64,000 nt of DNA from Kiritimatiellia bacterium (GTDB lineage Bacteria > Verrucomicrobiota > Kiritimatiellia > RFP12 > UBA1067), in contig JAFXXW010000009.1 of assembly GCA_017542055.1 (NCBI GenBank), positions 2,204 through 66,203 of the forward strand. Direction: 5' to 3'. The notes under the pieces are model-generated. The model saw only the letters and a list, made by a program, of their open reading frames with translations. It was not told the origin of the DNA and searched no databases. Every line of letters begins with the position of its first letter. The first letter of the stretch is position 1. Both the position numbers and the translations under genes were made by a program. Below, in pieces: positions 28,039 to 37,605 of the stretch.

Positions 28039-28067
28039 ATTATATCAAATTTTCCCGCGAATTGCAA
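28039..28067 (-). promoter_or_regulatory. Sigma70-type promoter of the sialidase operon (leaderless geometry)
   Basis: Minus strand reads cgcTTGCAAttcgcgggaaaatttgaTATAATatacaacATG, with -35 TTGCAA, a 17 nt spacer and TGA-extended TATAAT. Only 7 nt separate the -10 from the ATG at 28031. Confidence 0.65.
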
Positions 28068-28093
28068 GCGTTTTCTTACCGGCGCCGGCGCTT

Positions 28094-30796
28094 TCAGTGC
28101 GCCGCGAGCCAGGTGGCGCCGGTGCCCACCCCCACCTCCAGCGGCACGCCGAAGTCCATGGCGGAAGTCATCTCGCGGCGGACGATCTCCACCACTTTGT
28201 CCACTTCGTCCCGGGGGCAATCGAACACCAATTCGTCGTGGATCTGCAAGACCATGCGACACTTGAGCCCCGCCGACTTGAGCGAGTCGTACACCTTTAC
28301 CATGGCCACTTTGATGAGATCGGCCGCGCTGCCCTGGATGGGCGTGTTGATGGCGTCGCGCTCGGCCGCCTGGCGCGAAGTGGCGTTGCGCGAATTGATG
28401 TCGCGGATGGTGCGCCGGCGCTTCAGCACGGTTTCGGCGTAGCCGCGTTCGCGGGCGAAAGCTATGGCGTCGGCCATGTAGGACTGCACCCGGGGATAGA
28501 GCGCGAAATACGTCCGGATGAGATCGGCCGCCTCCTTGCGCGGAATCTTGAGCCGCTGCGCGAGCCCGAACGCGCTGATGCCGTAGATGATGCCGAAATT
28601 GACCATCTTGCACCGCGAACGCATTTCCGGCGTGACCAGTTCGGGCATGCAGTCGTAGACGCGCGAGGCGGTGTCGCGATGGATGTCCTCGCCCTTGGCG
28701 AATGCTTCCAGCATGGCTTCGTCGCGCGAAAAAGCCGCCATGAGCCGGAGCTCGATCTGCGAGTAGTCGGCCGAAATCAACACGTGATCGCCGTCGCGCG
28801 GAACGAACGCCTGGCGGATCATCTTGCCGCGCTCGGTGCGGATGGGTATGTTCTGCAGGTTGGGATCGGCCGAGGAAAGACGGCCGGTCTCGGTGAGCGA
28901 CTGCGAATAGGTGGTATGGACGCGGCCCTCCCAGTCGATGAGCTGGGGCAGCTTGTCCACGTAGGTGGTCTTGAGCTTGGTGCAGGCGCGGTATTCCAGA
29001 ATGGCGTTCACCACCGGATGCGACCCCGCCAGCCGCTGCAGCACTTCCTCGCTGGTGGACCACTGGCCCGAAATCGTCTTTTTGCTGGCGGAGGTGTCGA
29101 GCCCGAGCTTGTCGAACAGCAACTCGCCCAGCTGGCGGGGACTGTCGATGTTGAGGCCGGGATCGGCATACCGCCGGATGGTTTGGGTGAGCTCCAGGAT
29201 TTCGCGGTCGAGCACGACGCCGAACGACGCCAGCGCCGCCACGTCCAGCTTGACGCCCTCGCGCTCCATGTCGATCAGCACCTTGACGAGCGGCTCCTCC
29301 ACTTCCTCCAGCGCCTTGAGCATCCCCAGTTCCGCCACCTTGGGCCGCAACACCTCGTCCAGCCGGAAGGTGACGTCGGCGTCCTCGGCGGCATAGTCGC
29401 AAATCTCGGCGGGCGACAGCGAAGCCATGTTCCGCTGCTCCTTGCCGCGTTCCTTGACGCCGATGAGCTCGGTGATGGGGATGGGCGAATAGCCGAGATA
29501 GCGCTCGGCGAGAAAATCCATGCCGTGGCGCGAAGCGGCGTCGATGCAGTAGTGCGCGAGCATGGTGTCGTGCGGCGTGGAGGCGAACGCGATGCCGTAG
29601 CGCATCAGGACGGTGCGGTCGAACTTCACGTTATGCCCCACAAACACCTTGCCCGGATCGTTGAACAGCGGCCGGAAAACGTCGATGAGATCGCCCGTCA
29701 CGTACCAGGCCTTGCCGGGACGCGTGGCGAAGGAAAATCCCACCAGCCGGCAGGAATGCTGGTCCAAACCGTCGGTTTCGGTGTCGAAAGCGATTTTCGG
29801 CTCGGCCATGAGTTCCGCCAGGAGCGCCTCGGCGCCCGCCCAGGTGTCGACAAGCCGGTAGTCGTGGGGGATGTCCTTGAGCGTCCGCAAATCGGCTCCG
29901 GGCGCCTCGGCGGGAGCGATTTCCGCCGGGAGCTCCCCCAATATCTCGTTGCAGAAGCGGTTGAGCTCGAACTTGCGGCAGGCGGCGATGAACTTTTCGC
30001 GATCGGGCGCCTTGCGTTCGTAGGCGGCGAAGTCGGCCGTCACCGGCGCGTCGGTGCGGATGGTGGTCAGGAATTTGCTCGTCCGGGCGTCTTCGCGACC
30101 CGCCTCGAGGCGTTCGCGCAACTTGCCGGACACGAGCGAGGAATGTTCGAGGATGCCCTCCACCGAGCCGAACTCCTTGATGAGTTTGGCGGCCGTCACC
30201 TCGCCCACGCCCTTGATGCCGGGAATGTTGTCGGCCGCATCGCCGGCGAGCGCGAGGTAATCGATCATCTGGCGGGGGGAGGCGAGGCCCCAATGCTCGC
30301 ATACGCCGGCTTCGTCGTAGATCTCCGGCTCCTTGCCGCCCTTCCCCGGCCGGAACAGTTTGATGCCGGGCGCCACCAGCTGGGCGGCGTCTTTGTCGGG
30401 CGTCACGAGATACACCTCGTAGCCGGCTTCGGCGCCCTGCCGGGCCAGCGTGCCCATCACGTCGTCCGCCTCGAAGCCGGGCACGGACACGATGGGAATG
30501 CGCAACGCTTCGGCCAGCTCCCGGGCGTAGCCGATGGAAGCGGCGAGATCCTCTGGCATCTTTTCGCGCTGCGCCTTGTAGGCGGGAAACGCCTCGTGCC
30601 GGAAGGTGGGACCGGAAGGATCCATCGCCAGCACCACGTGGGTGGGGGAATGTTTCTTGAAGATGGACTGCAACCCGGAGACGAGCCCGATCAGCGCCGA
30701 GGTGTTGATGCCGGATTTGGTGATGCGCGGCGAGCGCAGAAACACGAAATGCCCGCGATACAGCAGCGGCATCAGATCGATGATGAAAAGCGTCAT
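28094..30796 (-). CDS. polA: DNA polymerase I
   Basis: 900 aa with an N-terminal 5'-3' exonuclease domain, a 3'-5' exo-like middle and a PolA family palm (RRTIRDINSRNATSRQAAERDAINTPIQGSAADLIK, QIHDELVF). Confidence 0.9.
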   Translation of the reverse strand: MTLFIIDLMPLLYRGHFVFLRSPRITKSGINTSALIGLVSGLQSIFKKHSPTHVVLAMDPSGPTFRHEAFPAYKAQREKMPEDLAASIGYARELAEALRIPIVSVPGFEADDVMGTLARQGAEAGYEVYLVTPDKDAAQLVAPGIKLFRPGKGGKEPEIYDEAGVCEHWGLASPRQMIDYLALAGDAADNIPGIKGVGEVTAAKLIKEFGSVEGILEHSSLVSGKLRERLEAGREDARTSKFLTTIRTDAPVTADFAAYERKAPDREKFIAACRKFELNRFCNEILGELPAEIAPAEAPGADLRTLKDIPHDYRLVDTWAGAEALLAELMAEPKIAFDTETDGLDQHSCRLVGFSFATRPGKAWYVTGDLIDVFRPLFNDPGKVFVGHNVKFDRTVLMRYGIAFASTPHDTMLAHYCIDAASRHGMDFLAERYLGYSPIPITELIGVKERGKEQRNMASLSPAEICDYAAEDADVTFRLDEVLRPKVAELGMLKALEEVEEPLVKVLIDMEREGVKLDVAALASFGVVLDREILELTQTIRRYADPGLNIDSPRQLGELLFDKLGLDTSASKKTISGQWSTSEEVLQRLAGSHPVVNAILEYRACTKLKTTYVDKLPQLIDWEGRVHTTYSQSLTETGRLSSADPNLQNIPIRTERGKMIRQAFVPRDGDHVLISADYSQIELRLMAAFSRDEAMLEAFAKGEDIHRDTASRVYDCMPELVTPEMRSRCKMVNFGIIYGISAFGLAQRLKIPRKEAADLIRTYFALYPRVQSYMADAIAFARERGYAETVLKRRRTIRDINSRNATSRQAAERDAINTPIQGSAADLIKVAMVKVYDSLKSAGLKCRMVLQIHDELVFDCPRDEVDKVVEIVRREMTSAMDFGVPLEVGVGTGATWLAAH

Positions 30797-30812
30797 GACG
30801 CGCGACTGGGGC

Positions 30813-32504
30813 TTACGTGTAGCGCAGCACTTCGTCCACCGTGGTGTAGCCGTCGAGAATGGCGCGGATGCCGTCTTCGCGCATGGTGCGCATGCCGAGT
30901 TCGCGCGCTTTCTCGCGGATGATCAGGGTGGGGGCCTTGTTGTTGACGAGTTCGCGCAGCGGATTGGACATGCGCAGATACTCGAACACGCCTTTGCGGC
31001 CCTTGTAGCCGGTGCCGTTGCAGGTCTTGCAGCCCTTGCCGAAATAGAACGGCCGTCCGCCGATCTGGTCGCGCGTCATCTCGATGCGTTCCAGGGTTTC
31101 GTCGTCGGGCTCGTACGGCTGCTTGCAGTCTTTGCAGCAGGTACGCACGAGACGCTGGCCCAAAACGCCTTCCAAAGTGGACGACAACAGGTACGGCGCC
31201 ACGTTCATGTCCACGAGACGCATCACCGCGCCTGCGGCGTCGTTGGTGTGCAGGGTGGAGAACACGAAGTGGCCGGTGAGCGCGGCCTGCACGGCGATTT
31301 CGGCCGTCTCGAGGTCGCGGATTTCGCCGATCATCATGACGTCGGGGTCTTGACGCAGGAAGGCGCGCAGCACCTTGGCGAAGGTGTTGCCCACCTGCGC
31401 GTCGATGGGCACCTGCACGATGCCGTCCACGTTGTATTCCACCGGTTCCTCGGCGGTGAGGAGCTTGGTGTCGATCTGGTTGATGCGCCGGAGGACGGAA
31501 TAGAGCGTGGTCGTCTTGCCGGAGCCGGTAGGCCCCGTCACGATGAAAATGCCGTTGGGCTTTTCGATGTCCATCGTCACCTGCTCGTACACGTCTTCGG
31601 GGAGGCCCACGTTTTCGAGGTCGAGGCTCGTGGCGGACTGGTCCAGAATACGCATAACCACCGATTCGCCGTGCGCGGTGGGCAGACACGATACGCGCAG
31701 GTCCACGGGCTTGCCCGCCACGGTGAGCGCGATGCGGCCGTCTTGCGGAATGCGGCGCTCGGCGATGTTGAGGTTGGCCAGGATCTTGATGCGGCTGATG
31801 ATGGCCGGCGCCATCTTCACGTCGGGCGCCTTCATTTCGTACAGCGCGCCGTCCACGCGGTAGCGGATCTTGAAATCGTCCTCGAACGGCTCGATATGGA
31901 TATCGGCCGCGCGGTCCACCACGCCCTGGTAGAGCACCAGATTGACGAACCGGATGATGGCCGAGCTGTTGGCGGCCGACTCCATCGAGGCGATGTCGTT
32001 GGCGTTGGCGGCTCCAAGGGCGGCTTCGTCGTCCGTCATGCCCTCGCCGAGCTGCTTGATCATGTCGGCCACGGAGTCGTTGCTGTCGCCGTAGTACTGC
32101 GAAATCCGCGCCATCACGTCGGCCTCGCGGGCGAAGACGAAGCGCACTTCCTTGGACAGCGTGAAGAGCATTTCGTCGGAGATGCGCGGATCCACGAGAT
32201 CGAACGTGGCGAGCGTCACGGAACTGTCGTCCGCCGCCACCGGGAACACGTTGTACATGCGGGCGGTGGAGGCGGGGATCGCCTCGGTCACTTCCGTTTC
32301 GATCGTGAGGTTGCCGAGGTCGATGGCCTCGGTGTCCTGGTAGGCGGCCATGGCGCCCAGGAGGTCGTCCTCGCTCAGGATCTGCTGGTCGATGACGAGC
32401 TGGCGGATGGTTTTGCCTTCGGTCCGGGCCACGTCCTGGAGATCGCGGGCGGACTCCTCGTCGATGTAGCCGTTCTGGACCAGAATCTGAAGTAGCGCGT
32501 CCAC
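30813..32504 (-). CDS. GspE/PilB-family secretion/pilus-assembly ATPase (paralogue 1)
   Basis: 563 aa, GTG start. N-terminal T2SE_N-like domain (ARDLQDVARTEGKTIRQLVIDQQILSEDDL), Walker A GPTGSGKTTTLYS, Asp/His boxes and a tetracysteine motif (CKDCKQ...CKTCNGTGYKGR). Confidence 0.8.
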   Translation of the reverse strand: MDALLQILVQNGYIDEESARDLQDVARTEGKTIRQLVIDQQILSEDDLLGAMAAYQDTEAIDLGNLTIETEVTEAIPASTARMYNVFPVAADDSSVTLATFDLVDPRISDEMLFTLSKEVRFVFAREADVMARISQYYGDSNDSVADMIKQLGEGMTDDEAALGAANANDIASMESAANSSAIIRFVNLVLYQGVVDRAADIHIEPFEDDFKIRYRVDGALYEMKAPDVKMAPAIISRIKILANLNIAERRIPQDGRIALTVAGKPVDLRVSCLPTAHGESVVMRILDQSATSLDLENVGLPEDVYEQVTMDIEKPNGIFIVTGPTGSGKTTTLYSVLRRINQIDTKLLTAEEPVEYNVDGIVQVPIDAQVGNTFAKVLRAFLRQDPDVMMIGEIRDLETAEIAVQAALTGHFVFSTLHTNDAAGAVMRLVDMNVAPYLLSSTLEGVLGQRLVRTCCKDCKQPYEPDDETLERIEMTRDQIGGRPFYFGKGCKTCNGTGYKGRKGVFEYLRMSNPLRELVNNKAPTLIIREKARELGMRTMREDGIRAILDGYTTVDEVLRYT

Positions 32505-33629
32505 TTACATCTCCTCTTTGAGCTTCTGGACGATGGAGTCCGGATCCTGCGATTTGGTGATGAGCTCCTCGTAGGCGATAAGTCCGTCCTTGTAGAGCTG
32601 GGTAAGGTGCGCGTCCAGGGTCTGCATGCCGTACTTGGCGCCGGTCTGCAGGTCGCTCTTGATCATGTTCGTCTTGCCGTCGCGGATGCGGCTCTTGATG
32701 GCGTCGGTGGAGGTCATGATCTCGAACGCCGCCACGCGACCGTGCACCTCGCCGTTCTCGTCCAGCTTGGGGAGGAGGATCTGCGAAATCACCGCCTGGA
32801 GGCCCGCCGCCAGCTGGGTGCGGACCTGCGCCTGCTGGTTGGTGGGGAAGGCGTCGATGATACGGTCCACCGTTTCGGCCGCGCCGGTGGTGTGGAGCGT
32901 GCCGAACACCAGGTGGCCGGTTTCGGCCGCGGTCACCGCCGCGCCGATCGTTTCGATGTCGCGCATTTCGCCCACCAGGATCACGTCCGGGTCCTGGCGC
33001 AAGGCGCGACGGATGGCCTCGGCGAACGAAGGCACGTCGTCGCCCACTTCACGCTGGGTGATGAGCGATTTGTCGGACTGGTGGTAGAATTCGATCGGGT
33101 CTTCGATGGTGATGATGTGCACCGAGCGCTCGTGGTTGATCACGTTGAGCATGGAGGCGAGCGTGGTGGACTTGCCCGATCCGGTGGGCCCCGTCACCAG
33201 AATGAGCCCGCGCGGCTTGAACAGGAGCTCTTTGACCACCGGCGGCAATCCCAGCTGCTCCATCGACAGGAGCGTGGAGGGAATCTGCCGGAGCACCATG
33301 CCGTAGCGCTTGCGCTCCTTGAACACGGACACGCGGAAGCGGGTGGCGAGACGCTTCTCTTCCTCCTGGGCCTGTTCCTCGGGGCTGAACATGTCGCGAA
33401 AGGCGATGGCGTAGTCGGAACCGCCGTTCTTCTCCACTTCGGCCATCTGCTCGTCGGTGGAGATTTCGCGGCAGAGGTTGTACGAATCCTCCTCGGTGAG
33501 CGATTCCTCCGACAGCGGCAGCAGCTCGCCGTGCACGCGCAGTTCCGGCGGCATGTGGGCGCGGATGTGCAGGTCGCTCCCGCCTTCGTCGATCATCGCC
33601 GCCAGCAGGTCTTTCATCGAAATATTCAT
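32505..33629 (-). CDS. pilT: PilT-family retraction ATPase
   Basis: 374 aa. GGSDLHIRAHMPP, Walker A GPTGSGKSTTLAS, ITIEDPIEF, RQDPDVILVGEMRD and GHLVFGTLHT. GGAG RBS. Confidence 0.8.
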   Translation of the reverse strand: MNISMKDLLAAMIDEGGSDLHIRAHMPPELRVHGELLPLSEESLTEEDSYNLCREISTDEQMAEVEKNGGSDYAIAFRDMFSPEEQAQEEEKRLATRFRVSVFKERKRYGMVLRQIPSTLLSMEQLGLPPVVKELLFKPRGLILVTGPTGSGKSTTLASMLNVINHERSVHIITIEDPIEFYHQSDKSLITQREVGDDVPSFAEAIRRALRQDPDVILVGEMRDIETIGAAVTAAETGHLVFGTLHTTGAAETVDRIIDAFPTNQQAQVRTQLAAGLQAVISQILLPKLDENGEVHGRVAAFEIMTSTDAIKSRIRDGKTNMIKSDLQTGAKYGMQTLDAHLTQLYKDGLIAYEELITKSQDPDSIVQKLKEEM

Positions 33630-33657
33630 TGGTAGGCTCCTTGGAAGAACGGAAGTT

Positions 33658-35325
33658 TCAGTCGGCGTCGCCCATGGTGACGCGGAGGATTTCGGACAGC
33701 GAGGTCATGCCGCTGGCCACCTTGAGCATGCCGTCCTCGCGCAGGGTGCGCATGCCCATTTCGCGGGCGCGCTGCCGGAGCAGCGTGGCGGGGGCGTGGT
33801 CGAAGATGAGGCGCTGGATGGAGTCGTCCACCTTGAAGATCTCGAAGATGCCCTTGCGGCCCTTGTAGCCCGAGCCGCCGCACTTGTCGCAGCCGGCGCC
33901 GTGGTACATGGTTTCGGGGATGGTCTTGGAGATGGCGCCGAGCATCTTGAGTTCGCGCTCGGTGGGGGTGTAGGGCTCGCGGCACTTTTCGCAGATGGCC
34001 CGCACGAGACGCTGGGCCATCGCGGCCCGGAGCGCCGACGCGACGAGGAACGGCTTGACGCCGATATCCAAAAGACGCGTCACCGCGCTGGGGGCGTCGT
34101 TGGTGTGCAGCGTGGAGAACACCAAGTGGCCCGTCAAGGCCGCCTCCATGGCGATGTCGGCCGTTTCCGCGTCGCGGATTTCGCCGATCATCACGATGTT
34201 GGGCGCCTGACGCAGAATGGACCGGAGCGCGGCCGAGAAGTCGAGCCCCACGTCCTTGTTCACCTGCACCTGGTTGATGCCGCTCATCTGGTATTCCACC
34301 GGGTCCTCCACCGTGATGAGCTTCTTGTCGGGCTTGTTGATCTGCCCCAAGCAGGCGTACAGGGTGGTGGTCTTGCCCGAACCGGTGGGCCCCGTCACCA
34401 GCACCACGCCGTCGGGCAGCTTGATGAGCCGCTCGAAGGTGGTCTGGTCGTCGGAGAGGAAGCCCAATTGCGGCAGGCCCAGATTGAGATTCGACTTGTC
34501 CAGGACGCGCATGACGATGGATTCGCCGTGGTTGGTGGGCACGGAGTTGACGCGCAAGTCGAGATCGCGCCCGTTGACGGTGATCTGGATGCGGCCGTCC
34601 TGCGGGATGCGCTTTTCCGAGATCTTCATCTTGGACATGATCTTGATGCGGCTGATGATGGCGCCCTGCAGCCGCTTGGGGGGCGAGTCCATCTTGCGCA
34701 GCGCGCCGTCGATGCGGTAGCGCACCCGGAACTCCTTCTCCATGGGTTCCAGGTGGATATCGGAAGCCTTCATCTTGATGCCGTTGGTGATGAGCATGGT
34801 GGCCAACTTCACCACCGGGGCGTCGTCGCCCTTCTCGTCGCCGGAACCGAAATCGTCGTCGCCGCGCGTCTGCACGTCGGCCGGCTCGTCCTGCGCGTAC
34901 AGCTTGGCCATCGCCGCCGCCACTTCCGCCTTGGGCGACACCACGGCCTCCACGTCGCGGCCGTGCAGCACGTACCGGAGCGAATCGATGGCGTCGTAGC
35001 CCATGGGATCGGACAGCGCCACCGTGATGGCGTAGTCGTCGGCCATCACCGGCACCACGCCGTACTTCTTGGCGATGTCGGCCGGGATCTCCTTGGTCAC
35101 GTCTTGCGAAATCGCCTCCGGATTGACGTGGCAGTATTTGAGACCGAACTGGTCGGCCACCGTGCCGAGAACCGAGTCCTCGTCGATCACTCCGCCGGCC
35201 ACGAGCACGTCCAGCGTGGTCTCGTTTTCGGCCCGCATCGACTGGCGCGCCGACTCGATCTGTTCGGCCGTCAGAAAGCCGCGCTCCTGCAGGAGCTGCA
35301 GCACGTATTCGTCATTACTTGTCAT
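33658..35325 (-). CDS. GspE/PilB-family secretion/pilus-assembly ATPase (paralogue 2)
   Basis: ATG at 35325 (MTSNDEYVLQLLQERGFLTAEQIESARQ). Walker A GPTGSGKTTTLYA and CEKCRE...CDKCGGSGYKGR. The listed ORF start 35364 would overlap the promoter. Confidence 0.8.
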   Translation of the reverse strand: MTSNDEYVLQLLQERGFLTAEQIESARQSMRAENETTLDVLVAGGVIDEDSVLGTVADQFGLKYCHVNPEAISQDVTKEIPADIAKKYGVVPVMADDYAITVALSDPMGYDAIDSLRYVLHGRDVEAVVSPKAEVAAAMAKLYAQDEPADVQTRGDDDFGSGDEKGDDAPVVKLATMLITNGIKMKASDIHLEPMEKEFRVRYRIDGALRKMDSPPKRLQGAIISRIKIMSKMKISEKRIPQDGRIQITVNGRDLDLRVNSVPTNHGESIVMRVLDKSNLNLGLPQLGFLSDDQTTFERLIKLPDGVVLVTGPTGSGKTTTLYACLGQINKPDKKLITVEDPVEYQMSGINQVQVNKDVGLDFSAALRSILRQAPNIVMIGEIRDAETADIAMEAALTGHLVFSTLHTNDAPSAVTRLLDIGVKPFLVASALRAAMAQRLVRAICEKCREPYTPTERELKMLGAISKTIPETMYHGAGCDKCGGSGYKGRKGIFEIFKVDDSIQRLIFDHAPATLLRQRAREMGMRTLREDGMLKVASGMTSLSEILRVTMGDAD

Positions 35326-35335
35326 GTATGAGAAT

Positions 35336-35364
35336 ATTATACAATATTCCCGACAAAAAAGCAA
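35336..35364 (-). promoter_or_regulatory. Sigma70-type promoter of the pilB-pilT-pilB-polA unit (near-leaderless)
   Basis: Minus strand reads cgcTTGCTTttttgtcgggaatattgTATAATattctcatacATG, with -35 TTGCTT, a 17 nt spacer and TATAAT. There are 10 nt between the -10 and the ATG at 35325. Confidence 0.6.
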
Positions 35365-35382
35365 GCGAAAAATGAAAGTAAA

Positions 35383-36750
35383 TTATCCGACCACCAGCTC
35401 TTCCGCCGGGTAGCGGACATGCCGCTGGGTCTCGCGGTCGCCGATCATCAGCACCACCGAGAGCGCCCCCAGACGACCGCAGAACATGGCGCACATGATG
35501 GCGACGCGCCCCGCCGGCGACAGGCTGGAAGTGGTGTCGCCCATCGACAGCCCCGTGGTGGTGATGGCCGAACACGCCTCGAAAAACAGCGCGTCGGTGG
35601 GGATGCCGCGACCGTCCTCGGTCAACAGCAGCACGCCCATCGTCAGCGTCACCAGCACCACGAGCGCCATGAAGATGACGATCGACTCGCGCACGATATC
35701 CATCGGCACCATGCGCCGGCTGATGATGGTTTCGCGGTCGCCCCGGCACAGCGCCAGCAAGGTGTAGATGAGCACCGCGAAGGTGGTCACCTTGATGCCG
35801 GCCGCGGCCGAACCGGGCGCTCCGCCGATAAACATCAACACCTCGTACATGAGCCGGGTGAGCGGCTTCAGCGATTCGGTGGGCACCAGGCAGAAACCGC
35901 AGGTGCGCGGCGTGACCGCCTGGTAGAACGCCACGTAAAGCCGCTGGCGGCCGCCCATGCCCTGCAGCGCGCCGTTCCACTCCAGCGCCAGGAAACCGAG
36001 AAAGCCCACCAGCAGCAGATAGCCGGTGAAGCGCAGCACCACGCTGCTCTGGAGCGACATGCGCCCCCGTCCGCCGGACGGACGGTGGATGAATTTGAAG
36101 GTGAGGAGATTGAAGATGACAAGAAATCCGATCGATCCCAGAATGGTCTCGCACGCCAGCGTCAGCACCACCCAGGGATTGCCGGCGAAAGCGGCGATCG
36201 ACCCCGGCAGCACGGAAAAGCCGGCGTTGCAGAATCCCATGACGGAATAGAAAACCGCCAGATACGGATCGCGCAATTCCCACCAGAGCGCCGCCGCGCC
36301 CAGCAGTTCGAAGAACAGCATGGACCCGATCACCCAGAGAATCAGCGACTTCACGCCCTTGACCTGCTCCACCCCGTAGGCGTTCATCAGCGAAAACTCC
36401 GACGCCAGCGACAGCCGCCGGCCGATGGCGATCATGAGGAACGTGCCGCACATCATGAGGCCCAGGCACCCCACCTCCACCAGCGCCAGCAGCACGATCT
36501 GCCCCGCGGTCGAAAAGGTTCCGGCGATATCCACCACGGTCAGCCCCGTCACGCACACCGCCGAACAGGCGGTGAAGACGCTGCTCATGCCGTCGCCCCA
36601 CTCGCCGGAAACGCGGCAAGGCGGCAGCGCCAGGAGCACCGCGCCCACGGCGATCAGCGCCAGAAAACCGAGCGCCACCGTGAACTTGCCCTTCACCGCG
36701 CGCGCTCCTTTAGCCAGATCGCCCAGATCGAAATTTCGTACAGGAGGCAC
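35383..36750 (-). CDS. TrkH/KtrB-family potassium transporter subunit
   Basis: 455 aa polytopic protein. FTACSAVCVTGLTVVD, MGFCNAGFS, PRTCGFCLV and SAITTTGLSMG are the four MPM selectivity-filter-like repeats. An alternative GTG start at 36696 gives a GTGA overlap with the tatC stop. Confidence 0.75.
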   Translation of the reverse strand: MPPVRNFDLGDLAKGARAVKGKFTVALGFLALIAVGAVLLALPPCRVSGEWGDGMSSVFTACSAVCVTGLTVVDIAGTFSTAGQIVLLALVEVGCLGLMMCGTFLMIAIGRRLSLASEFSLMNAYGVEQVKGVKSLILWVIGSMLFFELLGAAALWWELRDPYLAVFYSVMGFCNAGFSVLPGSIAAFAGNPWVVLTLACETILGSIGFLVIFNLLTFKFIHRPSGGRGRMSLQSSVVLRFTGYLLLVGFLGFLALEWNGALQGMGGRQRLYVAFYQAVTPRTCGFCLVPTESLKPLTRLMYEVLMFIGGAPGSAAAGIKVTTFAVLIYTLLALCRGDRETIISRRMVPMDIVRESIVIFMALVVLVTLTMGVLLLTEDGRGIPTDALFFEACSAITTTGLSMGDTTSSLSPAGRVAIMCAMFCGRLGALSVVLMIGDRETQRHVRYPAEELVVG

Positions 36751-37430
36751 AGCGGCACCGCCATCATGATCTGGCTCATGGGATCGGGCGGGGTGAGCAG
36801 CATGCCCAGCACGAAACTCGCCACTATCGCCACGCGCCGCTTTTCGCGGAGCGCGTCGCTGGTCACCACGCCGAAGAGCCCCAGCACGAACAGGACGAGC
36901 GGCAGCTGGAACACGAGGCCGAACGCGATGATCGTCTTGATGGCGATGGCGATATAGCCCTCGATGCGGATGGTGGTAACCGGCAGCCCCACCCAGCCGT
37001 TGACCCGCTGGAACACGTCGACCACCAGGGGGAGCGTCTGCGCGTAAGCCAGATACACGCCGGTCAGAAACAGCACCGATCCGGACAGCAGCACGGACAA
37101 GAGCACCGCCTTTTCGCGCCGCGTCAAGGCCGGAAAAACGAAACGCAAAACCGCATACGCCATGAACGGAAAGCCCAGCGCCACGCCGCCCCAGACCGCG
37201 ATGGAAAAGATGGCGGAAAAACCGCTGGTGAGGTCCAGCCCCTGCAACATGCCCTCGTATTCCATCGCCGGCGCCTTGAGCATGGCGAGGATCCAGGGCG
37301 AAAACGCGCCGGCCAGCACGGAACAGACCAGCCAGGCCGCGCCGCCGAAGAGCACCATGGACCTCAACGCCCGGAGATGCTCCAGCAGCGGACGCTGGGG
37401 ATCATTGCGGAAATTTGGATTCGATATCAA
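36693..37430 (-). CDS. tatC: Twin-arginine translocase subunit TatC
   Basis: PLLEHLRALRSMVL is the conserved N-terminal TatC motif, followed by 6 predicted TM segments. I propose the TTG start at 37430 because the listed start 37496 would overlap tatA by 95 nt. The start is uncertain. Confidence 0.7.
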   Translation of the reverse strand: MISNPNFRNDPQRPLLEHLRALRSMVLFGGAAWLVCSVLAGAFSPWILAMLKAPAMEYEGMLQGLDLTSGFSAIFSIAVWGGVALGFPFMAYAVLRFVFPALTRREKAVLLSVLLSGSVLFLTGVYLAYAQTLPLVVDVFQRVNGWVGLPVTTIRIEGYIAIAIKTIIAFGLVFQLPLVLFVLGLFGVVTSDALREKRRVAIVASFVLGMLLTPPDPMSQIMMAVPLCLLYEISIWAIWLKERAR

Positions 37431-37605
37431 CTGCGTCTTGCTCCATGTCCGCCAGCTCCCGGCGGAAATGCTCCGCCATGCGCCGGAACTTGGCATAGCA
37501 ACGCCCCAACTCGCGCACCACCTTGGGCAGCGACTTGGGGCCGGTCACCACAAGCAAAACGGCGAGCAGCACCAGCCACTCGCCGCCTCCCACGCCATCG
37601 AACAT
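37402..37605 (-). CDS. tatA: Twin-arginine translocase subunit TatA/E
   Basis: 67 aa. GGGEWLVLLAVLLVVTGPKSLPKVVRELG is the TM helix, hinge and amphipathic helix of TatA. TAATG overlap with the pal stop. Confidence 0.8.
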   Translation of the reverse strand: MFDGVGGGEWLVLLAVLLVVTGPKSLPKVVRELGRCYAKFRRMAEHFRRELADMEQDAVDIESKFPQ

